This document shows positions 9,459 to 18,341 of a stretch of 64,000 bases of DNA, piece by piece. The stretch is from a virus. A program made the position numbers and the translations under genes. Each line of letters begins with the position of its first letter. Position 1 is the first letter of the stretch. Below the pieces are notes generated by a model that searched no databases, was not told the origin of the DNA, and saw only the letters and a program-made list of their open reading frames with translations. The stretch is taken from IMG/VR virus record IMGVR_UViG_3300009157_000003, positions 6,776-70,775 of that record; one strand, given 5' to 3'.

Positions 9459-11134
9459 AGACTGTAGACCTCACCCTCACCCTTGGGAACGAACGGGTGA
9501 CGGGCACCGTCAGCGTGCACGCGGCGACCAGCGAGCGCGACGCCCACGTCGCCGGGATCTACGAGCGCGCCAAGGCCGACGTCCAGGCGTACCTTTCGAT
9601 CCCGCCCGATCAGAAGGAGCACGTCCCCACCCACTTCGAGGTCAGCGGCGCCGATGGGCTCCGGATCGCGGACGTCACGGTGCAGTTCGTCGGGAATTTC
9701 AACGACACGCAGATCACCAACGCGGACGGGTGGATCGGTACCGTCATCCCGAAGCCCGGGTCGATGCCGTTCAGCGTGTTCTTCTCGAAGGACGGGTACG
9801 AGGATCTCCAGTTGCACGAATTCCCGTGGGATGGACGCCCGCATCAATCGGGTGGGGACCCGGGCGCGTACCGGATCCTCCTGCGGAAGATCGGCCAACC
9901 CCCCACGGGTGACCTCCGCAAGGGGCCGGTCCGCGCCGACGGCCGCGCGACGGTCGATGACGCCGGAGCGTTCCTCACGATCGGCGCGAGCGCGTTCGCG
10001 ATCCCGTACCTCCTGGAGTTCGAACCCGAGCGCGCCAACGCCAACCTGGAATTCCTCCGCGACGAACACGTGCACGCGCCGCGGGTGTTGTGTGTCGTCG
10101 GGCCGGAGGAGCCCTGGGCCGATCGCGCGATCAACCCGAAGACGTTGGGCTGGCCGCGGTGGACCTCGATGATCCGGCAGACGCTCGTAACGATGCGCGG
10201 GTGGCACCAGCGGGCGATCCTCACCATCTTCGGATCGACCGATGGGCTGGGTCGCGTCGAGCGCCAGCGCGTCGTGAGTGAGATCCGGCAGATCATCCGC
10301 GACCACCGGCATCAGGTCCTCGGGGTCGAGGTCTCGAACGAAGCGAAGGTCAGCTACGAAGAGGCGCTCGAACACGTGCGGATGCTGCTCGTCGGGAATG
10401 ACGGATTGCTCGTCGCGACGACGGCGATGGGGTACGGGCACAGCGGGTGGGACGCGGTTGAGAACATGAACCCTTGGCATCACGCGCGCAAAACCACCGG
10501 CGACGGCGGCATCTGGGAGTACACCGAACAGCCGTACAAGGGGAAGGATAGCCCGCGGGTGATCAGCGACCAGGAGCACATTGGGCCGAAGTCGAGCGTG
10601 GCGGAGGATTCGGATCCCGAGCGACTCACCAGTAGCGCGGCGACGTCCTTTGTGACCGGGCACGCGATCGTCGTCCTGCACACCGGCGCCGGGGTGTTCA
10701 TGGGCGGATCGGGCGGTGACAGCCGCGGGCGGGAGGCGAACCTGTTCGACGTCCCGGGGATCACGACGATGCTCCGGGCGCGGGTGGCGCTCGCGTCGCG
10801 GATGCCTGCGGACCTCCCGAACTGGCGGAACACCAGTCACTCCGATCCGTCGCGCGAGGGAGATTTCCCCTGGAAGACGAGTCATCTCCAGCCGTTCAAT
10901 CCCGGCGGGTGGTTCCTCAAAATCTACGCCGCGCGCCATGCCGACGGGCGCTTCGCCGCCAACTTCATGAAGGTCGAGCAGGACATTGTCCTGGAGCCGG
11001 GCCGCGGGCGATCGCAGGAGTTCACCATCTATCCGTGTGTCGGCGACGATCACGAGGACGTCAGGCTCAAGGTCGGCGAACGGACGACGGTGCAGCGTCG
11101 CGGCGGGTTCTACATTGTCGGGCGGGAAGTATGA
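9455..11134 (+). CDS. Putative glycoside hydrolase (clan GH-A-like TIM barrel) with N-terminal beta-sandwich
   Basis: AAGGAG SD; EVSNE acid/base-like motif, SDQEHIG, F-SKDGYED prealbumin-like domain; family assignment is inferred. Confidence 0.5.
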   Translation: MKTVDLTLTLGNERVTGTVSVHAATSERDAHVAGIYERAKADVQAYLSIPPDQKEHVPTHFEVSGADGLRIADVTVQFVGNFNDTQITNADGWIGTVIPKPGSMPFSVFFSKDGYEDLQLHEFPWDGRPHQSGGDPGAYRILLRKIGQPPTGDLRKGPVRADGRATVDDAGAFLTIGASAFAIPYLLEFEPERANANLEFLRDEHVHAPRVLCVVGPEEPWADRAINPKTLGWPRWTSMIRQTLVTMRGWHQRAILTIFGSTDGLGRVERQRVVSEIRQIIRDHRHQVLGVEVSNEAKVSYEEALEHVRMLLVGNDGLLVATTAMGYGHSGWDAVENMNPWHHARKTTGDGGIWEYTEQPYKGKDSPRVISDQEHIGPKSSVAEDSDPERLTSSAATSFVTGHAIVVLHTGAGVFMGGSGGDSRGREANLFDVPGITTMLRARVALASRMPADLPNWRNTSHSDPSREGDFPWKTSHLQPFNPGGWFLKIYAARHADGRFAANFMKVEQDIVLEPGRGRSQEFTIYPCVGDDHEDVRLKVGERTTVQRRGGFYIVGREV

Positions 11135-11517
11135 AGGTCGTCTACATCGCGGGGCCGTTCCGCGCGCCGAACGCCTGGGAGATCGAGCAGAACATCCGGC
11201 ACGCGGAGGAGTTAGCGCTCCAAGTCTGGCGCGCAGGCTTCGCGGTGATCTGCCCACACACGAACACGCGCTTCTTCCAGGGCGCGGCGCCAGATGCGAT
11301 CTGGCTAGACGGCGACATCGAGATCCTGAAACGCTGCGACGCCGTCGTGATCGCGCAACCGTGGCGTTGGCGGACGTCGAAGGGCACGGTGGCGGAGGTC
11401 CGCGAGGCCCTCACGCGATCGATCCCGGTGTTCCGCACCTTAACGGACCTCCTGATCTGGCATCGGAGCGGCAATCTCGACTACGCCATCCTGGCCGTCG
11501 CCCCGGAGGTCCTATGA
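11131..11517 (+). CDS. Nucleoside 2-deoxyribosyltransferase-like (DUF4406-type) protein
   Basis: VYIAGPF, CPH, CDAVV, SKGTVAE motifs. Confidence 0.85.
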   Translation: MKVVYIAGPFRAPNAWEIEQNIRHAEELALQVWRAGFAVICPHTNTRFFQGAAPDAIWLDGDIEILKRCDAVVIAQPWRWRTSKGTVAEVREALTRSIPVFRTLTDLLIWHRSGNLDYAILAVAPEVL

Positions 11518-12212
11518 GCACGCCGACCGTGAGCGTCGTGATCCCCCACTTCTACGAGGAGCGGACCGCCAATCTGATCCCGATCATCAATGCGCTCCGT
11601 GGGGGGACGATTCAGCCCAAGGAGATCCTGATCTGGAACAACACACAGACGATCATCGGCGACCTGTTGAGTGATCGCCCGTACGTAGAAGTGATCGACT
11701 GCCCCTTCAACATGGGCGCCCAAGCGCGCTTCCTCGCCGCGCTGATGGCCTCCGGGGATCTCATCCTCTTCCAGGACAACGATCTGCACGTCGAGTCTCT
11801 GACGATCGCGTGGATGATCGAACACCATCTCCCCGGGCAGATCATCACCCTCGAAGGGGTGCAGCAGGTCTTCGGACGGGCGTACCGCCGGTGGAACAAG
11901 GTGTACGGCCGTGGACTCCTAGAGCCGATGCAGGTCGGGATCTCCCTCGGCCGCGTCGAGATGGTCGCGCGCGCGGGCCTCCCCGAGATCCTCGCGACGT
12001 TCCCGTTCGATCGCGCGAGCACCGTCATGGACGACCTGGAGTTCAGTGCGGCCGCGCGCACGGCCGGGTACGTCATCCAGGTGATCCCCACCGTGCGCGG
12101 GGTGAGCGATCTCGTCGAGTTCGACACGCGCGGAGTCGGCATGGCGACCGGCCCCGACGCGGCGAGCTACTACACCGCCCGCGATCTCGTCGCCCAGAGG
12201 CTCTTCGGATGA
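11514..12212 (+). CDS. GT-A fold glycosyltransferase (GT2-like)
   Basis: VSVVIPH, EILIWNN, N.G..ARF, FQDND (DxD) and DDLEFS motifs. Confidence 0.85.
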   Translation: MSTPTVSVVIPHFYEERTANLIPIINALRGGTIQPKEILIWNNTQTIIGDLLSDRPYVEVIDCPFNMGAQARFLAALMASGDLILFQDNDLHVESLTIAWMIEHHLPGQIITLEGVQQVFGRAYRRWNKVYGRGLLEPMQVGISLGRVEMVARAGLPEILATFPFDRASTVMDDLEFSAAARTAGYVIQVIPTVRGVSDLVEFDTRGVGMATGPDAASYYTARDLVAQRLFG

Positions 12213-12742
12213 TTGACTTAGAGGTCTCGGATCTCGGCCCGGCCGATCGCAAAGCCCTCTTCACCGGCGTCCCGAATCTGTGGGGCGCGCAGGGGCTCAA
12301 GCAGAAGCTCGCCGTCGTCACGCCCGACCGGCGTTTCGTCCGCTATGCCGATCTCCCCTCCCGGCCGCCGGTGTGTCACGTGGGTCTGACGACGACCACC
12401 GGGACGGTAAATGACGAGGTCTGGACGATCGCGGGCCTCGGGGGGATTGTGACGGTCCCGAGCTATCAGGGGCAGCACCACGCCTCGTCGCTCATCCGCG
12501 TAGTCCTCGATCGGTTGAAGCGCCAGAAGTTCCACGACGTCGCGATGGTGTTCTGCCTCGCACACCGCAAGAGCTTCTACGAGAAGTACGACTGGATCTC
12601 GGTGCCGGGCGCGGTGTGGGTCGATCAGCCGGACGGCCGGGTCGAAGTCGTCCCGCCGTACTACGTGCTGTGGAAGTTCCTGCGGCGCGTCCTGCCGCTC
12701 ACGCTCAAGGGACCGATTCGAATCGAAGGGAGGCCGTGGTGA
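12209..12742 (+). CDS. GNAT N-acetyltransferase (Eis/AAC(2')-like)
   Basis: HVGL, AGLGGIVTVPSYQGQHHAS motif A, FYEKYDW motif B. Confidence 0.85.
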   Translation: MIDLEVSDLGPADRKALFTGVPNLWGAQGLKQKLAVVTPDRRFVRYADLPSRPPVCHVGLTTTTGTVNDEVWTIAGLGGIVTVPSYQGQHHASSLIRVVLDRLKRQKFHDVAMVFCLAHRKSFYEKYDWISVPGAVWVDQPDGRVEVVPPYYVLWKFLRRVLPLTLKGPIRIEGRPW

Positions 12743-13404
12743 CATTCGAGGAGCAACTGCTTCGGTGGGAGGCGCGGGTGGCCGCGCTCGGGTGGCGACG
12801 GGCCGTGATGAACGTCGCGGATGATCCGGCGAAGCATCAGGCCCGCACCGACGCGCACCTGAAGTTTCTTGAGCCGCACCTGCGCGCCGCGCTCCAGCCG
12901 GGCGATCGCCTGCTGCTTGATTATGGGTGTGGCTGGGGACGGCTCACCCCGTACCTCGCGGAGATCATGTTCGACCACGACCCGACCGGCGGCGCGATGG
13001 GCGTCGAGCCGACGGCGTCGCTCCTGGAGAAAGCGCGCGAGGTCAGCCGCACGCCGAATGTGTACTACGAGCGCCTGGGGAAAGACGGGACGATCCCGAT
13101 CCCCGTTAACGGGGTGGACGTCGTCTTCGCCTACATGGTGTTCAGCGCGATCATCGACCCGGTGATGCTCGCGATCGCACTGATGGAGCTTCGGCGTGTG
13201 CTCAAACCGGGGGGGCTCGTCTGCATCATTGATAACACGTCGCGATCAGACGGGCGACCGGTACGTTCCCCTTACTCAATCAGCCGGACCGTCGAGGAGT
13301 ACCAAGACCTCTTTTCGGAGGCGTTCGGCGCGCCCATTCCCGCAGTCGATGAGTACGTGGAGTTGAGGGAAGTCAATCATCTCTTCCTAGGACGGGCGCT
13401 ATGA
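12739..13404 (+). CDS. Class I SAM-dependent methyltransferase
   Basis: LDYGCGWGR motif I, DVVF, ELRRVLKPGG. Confidence 0.9.
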   Translation: MTFEEQLLRWEARVAALGWRRAVMNVADDPAKHQARTDAHLKFLEPHLRAALQPGDRLLLDYGCGWGRLTPYLAEIMFDHDPTGGAMGVEPTASLLEKAREVSRTPNVYYERLGKDGTIPIPVNGVDVVFAYMVFSAIIDPVMLAIALMELRRVLKPGGLVCIIDNTSRSDGRPVRSPYSISRTVEEYQDLFSEAFGAPIPAVDEYVELREVNHLFLGRAL

Positions 13405-14129
13405 CGTACGCCTATGTGATGCGGACGGTCGATCGGACGGCGCGCCCGAAGCCTGCCCGGAACTACCTCGGCGACACCCTTCAGTCGCTCGATCAGGGTG
13501 GCTTCTTCGCTGCGGCCAAACTCCATCTCGTCGATTCCTCCCCGTCGCCGTGGCTGCGCGACTCCTTCAACGGACACGCGAACGTCGGCGGCGCGCTCTA
13601 CGAATGCCACTTCGCGGACCGGGTGTACACCAATAACGAGAATGCGCTCCGCGCGCTCATGATCGGGCTCGGGACCGGCGCCGACTGGATCGTCCACCTG
13701 GAAGATGACATCGCCGTCTGCCGGGATCTCCCCGGATCGATCGACCGTTGGCTCACCGAGTACGCCAGCGAGCACTATGTCCTATACACCTTCCACACGC
13801 CGTACCGACAGGTCCAGGATCGCCACGCGCAGGGCCTAGCAACGTGGCCGTACCCGGTGCAGGCGTTCTACGGGAACCAGTGCTGGGCGATCCGTCGGGC
13901 GGATGCCGAGGACCTCGCCACGTATCTCACGACGCGCATCCCGACCTGGACGACCGGCCAGGGGTTCGACTTGATCATCAAGGAATGGGCGAACCACGCG
14001 GGCGAGAGCTTCTTCCTCGCGAGTTGTCCGAGCTTCGTGCAGCATATCGGCCGGGAGAGCGCGCTCCACCTGGGGCGGTTTCACGAGAATGGCAGCTTCC
14101 CCGGTACGGACTGGAGCTATCAGCCGTGA
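13401..14129 (+). CDS. GT-A glycosyltransferase (LEDD/VQH type)
   Basis: HLEDDI, GFD, PSFVQHIG..S motifs. Confidence 0.8.
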   Translation: MTYAYVMRTVDRTARPKPARNYLGDTLQSLDQGGFFAAAKLHLVDSSPSPWLRDSFNGHANVGGALYECHFADRVYTNNENALRALMIGLGTGADWIVHLEDDIAVCRDLPGSIDRWLTEYASEHYVLYTFHTPYRQVQDRHAQGLATWPYPVQAFYGNQCWAIRRADAEDLATYLTTRIPTWTTGQGFDLIIKEWANHAGESFFLASCPSFVQHIGRESALHLGRFHENGSFPGTDWSYQP

Positions 14130-14380
14130 CGATCAAACCCGCGAGCGAGATGACCGATCACGATCTCGGGGAGGTCTGCGGGCAGGTCGCCGACTTCCTC
14201 GACCAGAGCGTCCGCGAGGCCGTGGCGCGCCCGCTCGACCCGGCCAACCCGCAGCAGCGGGCGCAGGCGGAGATCGTGAATCAACTCCTCGGGGTGGTCT
14301 GGGATCAGAAGGTGCAGGCGCTCCGCCGGGCGAAGGAGAAGCTCCAGGCCGCACCCGTCAAGCAGGAGACGATCCAATGA
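14126..14380 (+). CDS. Hypothetical protein
   Basis: GTGA coupling, GGAG SD. Confidence 0.6.
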   Translation: MTIKPASEMTDHDLGEVCGQVADFLDQSVREAVARPLDPANPQQRAQAEIVNQLLGVVWDQKVQALRRAKEKLQAAPVKQETIQ

Positions 14381-14685
14381 ACCTCGATCATCTCTCCGAC
14401 GACCCGCATCTCGACGCGGCGAAGATCGCGCTCGAACAGCGGGAGGTTGATGACTACGTGAACTATCTCACCGGACTGCTGGAGGATGACTACTGTACGT
14501 TCGCCGCGGACACGCTGACGGGGATCCGCGAGGCGATCAAGGAGCGCCGGGTGATTACCTTCCCCCAGCGCGTCGCCGTGCAGAACATCAAGGACGCGGC
14601 GGATCGCAAGCGGCAGGACGAGGGCCGGAAGGTCGATCACGCCCGGCCCTACCGACGTCGGTACGAAGGGTGGGAACGTCGATGA
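14377..14685 (+). CDS. Hypothetical protein
   Basis: AGGAGA SD; ATGA coupling. Confidence 0.65.
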   Translation: MNLDHLSDDPHLDAAKIALEQREVDDYVNYLTGLLEDDYCTFAADTLTGIREAIKERRVITFPQRVAVQNIKDAADRKRQDEGRKVDHARPYRRRYEGWERR

Positions 14686-15614
14686 CGGGGTTCATCGCGT
14701 GGGAAGGGGCGTCGCTCCTCACCCGTGACGTCCCGCTCGTCGTCATCGTGACCGGCGAGAGCACGAACACGAAGACCGGGCCGATGTGGCAAAGCTGGAT
14801 CCTGCGGAGTGACCTGCACCCGGTGACCGCGGTGAACACCCGGCAGGACGGGGCGATCTGCGGCCAGTGCGTCCATCGGGGCTATCAGGAGCGTGCACGA
14901 AGCTGCTACGTGAATGTCGCCTGGGCACCGGCGGCGGTCTATCGGAGCTATAAGGAAGGGAAGTACGCCCGTGGCTGGCAGGTCGCGGACTGGCCGCCGC
15001 CGAATGGGCGCGCGCTCCGCATGGGCGCGTACGGCGACCCGGCGGCCGTGCCCTACGACGTCTGGAAGCTCCTCGCCTACTGGGCGGGCGCCTGGACCGG
15101 CTACACCCACCAGTGGCGCGTCTGCGATCAGCGCCTCGCACGCTTCTGCATGGCCTCGGTAGACTCCCGCGAGGAGTACTTCGAAGCCCTCAAACTCGGC
15201 TGGCGGACCTTCCGCGTCCGCACCCCTGATCAACCGGCGGAACCCCATGAAATCATCTGTCCGGCCTCGGAAGAAGCGGGCCACGCCACAACCTGCGCGC
15301 AGTGCCTCCTCTGCTCCGGCACGACCCGACCGCGCGCCACGAACATCGTCATCCAGACGCACGGATCCCGCGGGGCCGCCTTCTTCGAAACGCGGCAGCC
15401 CTCCTTGCTTGACGATCGCGGACCGGTTCTGGGCGAAGGTGAAGTTCCCCGACGACCCGAACGGGTGTTGGGAGTGGATCGGCGGGTACAACACCCCGGC
15501 GAAACGCCCGTGGAAGGGGACGCGCAGGCCGATCTTATTTTTGAGGATGACCGGGGGGCGGCGGGGACGCCGGGAAGTGGTGTACGCGACCCGGATCGCG
15601 CTGGCGATCTATGA
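14682..15614 (+). CDS. Cys-rich phage protein (Gp88-like, possibly Fe-S/radical-SAM-like)
   Basis: NTKTG, ICGQC, CYV, RMGAYGDP, YTHQW, MASVD, CPAS..TCAQCLLC motifs; the last ~65 aa overlap the HNH gene. Confidence 0.6.
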   Translation: MTGFIAWEGASLLTRDVPLVVIVTGESTNTKTGPMWQSWILRSDLHPVTAVNTRQDGAICGQCVHRGYQERARSCYVNVAWAPAAVYRSYKEGKYARGWQVADWPPPNGRALRMGAYGDPAAVPYDVWKLLAYWAGAWTGYTHQWRVCDQRLARFCMASVDSREEYFEALKLGWRTFRVRTPDQPAEPHEIICPASEEAGHATTCAQCLLCSGTTRPRATNIVIQTHGSRGAAFFETRQPSLLDDRGPVLGEGEVPRRPERVLGVDRRVQHPGETPVEGDAQADLIFEDDRGAAGTPGSGVRDPDRAGDL

Positions 15615-15876
15615 CGGCGTCCCGCTCACCGCGCGCGTGGGCCTGGAAGCCTGCCACATTAAAGAATGCTCCAACACGCGGTGCGTCCGGTGGGATCACC
15701 TGTACTGGGGCAGTCCCGCGAGCAATCGGTACGACCGGTACGGGTACACCCAGGCACGATTGAGTTTAGAGGACCTCCGTGGCGAAGCAACCAAAGCAGA
15801 AACCGGGGACGTCGGAGCAGGTGGTAGTGACCCCGGACCTGTTCCTGACGGCCGTCCGGACACGATTGGGGATTGA
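15409..15876 (+). CDS. HNH endonuclease (start uncertain: TTG 15409 or ATG 15247)
   Basis: RFWAKV..CWEWIG, ACHIKECSNTRCVRWDHLYWGSPASN..D. Confidence 0.85.
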   Translation: MTIADRFWAKVKFPDDPNGCWEWIGGYNTPAKRPWKGTRRPILFLRMTGGRRGRREVVYATRIALAIYDGVPLTARVGLEACHIKECSNTRCVRWDHLYWGSPASNRYDRYGYTQARLSLEDLRGEATKAETGDVGAGGSDPGPVPDGRPDTIGD

Positions 15877-16273
15877 GGAGTTTGTGCTCGACTGCGCGGC
15901 GGATGAGCACAATACCAAGGCGCCCCTCTACTGGGGCGTCGAACACAATGCGCTGGTGCAGCCGTGGGATCTCGGAGAGGGGTGGAACTGGTGCAACCCG
16001 CCGTACGCGAAGATCAAGCCGTGGGTCAAGAAGGCGCACGAGGAGATGCGCCTCGGCGTGAAGACGGCGATGCTCCTGCCCGCAGGGGTCGGCGCGAATT
16101 GGTACCGTCAGTACGTACACATGGAAGCGCCCGTCCTCGCGCTCAACGGGCGCCTCACCTTCGTCGGGCATCCGACGCCGTACCCGAAGGACATGATCCT
16201 CATCTTGTGGGATGACACCTGGGCGTCCGCGCGACAGAGTCACTTCGACGTCTGGACCTGGAATGCCCCCTAA
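15779..16273 (+). CDS. dam: Phage DNA N6-adenine methyltransferase (Dam family)
   Basis: TPD, LDCAA..N.KA, WCNPPY, LLPA, GRLTF motifs; GAGGA SD. Confidence 0.9.
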   Translation: MAKQPKQKPGTSEQVVVTPDLFLTAVRTRLGIEEFVLDCAADEHNTKAPLYWGVEHNALVQPWDLGEGWNWCNPPYAKIKPWVKKAHEEMRLGVKTAMLLPAGVGANWYRQYVHMEAPVLALNGRLTFVGHPTPYPKDMILILWDDTWASARQSHFDVWTWNAP

Positions 16274-18341
16274 ACCCCTCGGCCCGGGCGCCAAGAAGCC
16301 CCGCGTCTACACGCCCCGGCATCTCAAGCCGACGTGTGACAGCCCCTGCCAGGGGTGTGCCCTCGAATACCGCGGGGGGAAGGGTATTGTCCCGAGCTAT
16401 CGTGGCTCGCCGGATGCGAACGTGCTGTTGTGGGGAGAAGCCCCCTGGCACGACGAGGCGATCAACGGGGAACCCTTCGCGGGCGCCGCCGGGTCGATGC
16501 TCACCCGTGTGCTAAGACTGATCGGCAAACAGCGTGAGCACTTCCGCATCGACAACCTGATCCGGTGTGTCGTCCCGGACATGGAGATTGAGAAGTTCCC
16601 CGGCGCGGTCACCACCTGTCAGTACCGGACGCAGGAGTTAGATCAGGACCCGCCCAAAGTGCTCCTGACGATGGGCACCGTCCCCCTCCGCCACGTGATG
16701 AACCTCCCGCGGAAGAAGAATCACACGATCGAGACCTTCCACGGGACGGTGTCACGCGACCCGACCGATCGCTTCTGGATCACGCACACCTTTCACCCGA
16801 GCTTTCTCCAGCGCGGGGCGACCAACATGATGGGGGTGATGGCGTTTGACATCGCCCGGGCGCTCGACGTCGCGGAGCACGGGTGGGCACCAGACCCCGG
16901 CGTCATCGTAGTCGATCCACCACCGGACTGGCTCCGCGTCTGGGCGGCGGCGTACGTGGCGGCGGTACGGCGCGACGGGCCGTACGCGTACCCCCTGGCG
17001 GCGGACATCGAGACGCCGGATAAAGGCGCCGACGAGGGGATCATCCTGGCGAGTGGCGCGGATCACAGCTATCAGATTAACCGGGTCAATCTGAGTTGTC
17101 ACCCGGACGAAGGGGTGACGTTCCCGTTCGAGTACCCGTACACCGAGATCCTCGCGGAGATCCTCGCCGCGATGGGCGTGCAGTACTTCTGGTTCAAGGG
17201 GTACGACTTCCCCCGGTTGGCGGCCGCCGGGATGCCGATGAATCCGCGGCTGGCCTGGGACTGCATGTGGATGTGGAAGGCGCTCCAGAGTGACCTCCCG
17301 ATGGGCCTGGGATTCGCCGCGCCGTTCTATTCGAAGTTCGGGGCGTGGAAGCACCTGTCGGAGAGTCAGCCCGGGTTCTACGGTGGGGTCGATGGGTTGC
17401 AGACCCGCCGGGTGGGCGACGGCTGCGTGGGCGATCTGGTGAGCCAGGGCCAGTGGCACGTCTTCGAGCGCCACATGCACGACTTCCACCGGACCGCGCT
17501 CCAGCCCGCGACCGACGTCGGGATCTTCATCGATCGCGATCGGCTCAATACCTTCGGCGGCGAGATGGCGGCGAAGGCCACGGATCTGCTGAATCAGATT
17601 CAGGAGACGATCCCCGACGCACTCCTCCCGCTAACCGGCGGCGCGAAGAACGAGGGGCTGACGCGCCCGCCGACCGCGACGGAGCACACGAAGGCGCGAT
17701 CCACGAAGCAGGACGGCACCGAGAAGAAGCACGCGCCCGACCCGATCAAAGCGGAGTTGTTCAAGCGGGCGGTCGTGGTGGAGAAGCTCGTGCTCCGGCA
17801 GGTCCTCGCCTGTCGAAACTGCGGCCTCACTGAGGTGACGACGAAGCACCGGTGCAAGATCCCCGGCGACCCGCGCGTGGAGTTGACCGCCGCGACCGTC
17901 CGCCGCTGGTTCTGGAAGGAACCCTTCAATCCCGATAGTCACGATCAACTGATGAGCTTCGTCACCCACAAGGGGTATCAGCCCGGGAAGTCCAAGCAGA
18001 CGGGCAATCCCTCGGTGGATCGCGACACGCTCTCTCGGCTGTTGCGCGAGACGAAGGATCCCTTCTTCCAACATCTCCTCGACTACAAAGCCGTGATCAA
18101 GGTGAAGGTGCAGTACGTCGATGGGACGCTGCGGAGGTTGGATGCGGAGGATCGCGTCCACCCGCAGACCACCTTCAAGCCCAACACGATGCGGACCAGT
18201 CAGGTGAATCCGAATTGGCAGAACGTAAGAGCGGACAAGGACGGGAAGAAGTCGATCGCCGCCGGGTTCCGGCATTGTGTGGTCGCCAGAGGCGCGTGGG
18301 TCGAGGAAGGGAGTGGGTGGGAAGATGGCACCGCCGACTAG
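16263..18341 (+). CDS. polA: Family A DNA polymerase N-terminal part: uracil-DNA glycosylase-like domain, 3'-5' exonuclease and thumb
   Basis: CQGC, GEAP..E...GEPFAGAAG, HPSFL (family-4 UDG); ADIET, YD, YGGVD (Exo I-III); FNPDS..Q, TMRTSQVNPNWQN, FRHCVVARG; stops before motif A. Confidence 0.9.
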   Translation: MPPKPLGPGAKKPRVYTPRHLKPTCDSPCQGCALEYRGGKGIVPSYRGSPDANVLLWGEAPWHDEAINGEPFAGAAGSMLTRVLRLIGKQREHFRIDNLIRCVVPDMEIEKFPGAVTTCQYRTQELDQDPPKVLLTMGTVPLRHVMNLPRKKNHTIETFHGTVSRDPTDRFWITHTFHPSFLQRGATNMMGVMAFDIARALDVAEHGWAPDPGVIVVDPPPDWLRVWAAAYVAAVRRDGPYAYPLAADIETPDKGADEGIILASGADHSYQINRVNLSCHPDEGVTFPFEYPYTEILAEILAAMGVQYFWFKGYDFPRLAAAGMPMNPRLAWDCMWMWKALQSDLPMGLGFAAPFYSKFGAWKHLSESQPGFYGGVDGLQTRRVGDGCVGDLVSQGQWHVFERHMHDFHRTALQPATDVGIFIDRDRLNTFGGEMAAKATDLLNQIQETIPDALLPLTGGAKNEGLTRPPTATEHTKARSTKQDGTEKKHAPDPIKAELFKRAVVVEKLVLRQVLACRNCGLTEVTTKHRCKIPGDPRVELTAATVRRWFWKEPFNPDSHDQLMSFVTHKGYQPGKSKQTGNPSVDRDTLSRLLRETKDPFFQHLLDYKAVIKVKVQYVDGTLRRLDAEDRVHPQTTFKPNTMRTSQVNPNWQNVRADKDGKKSIAAGFRHCVVARGAWVEEGSGWEDGTAD

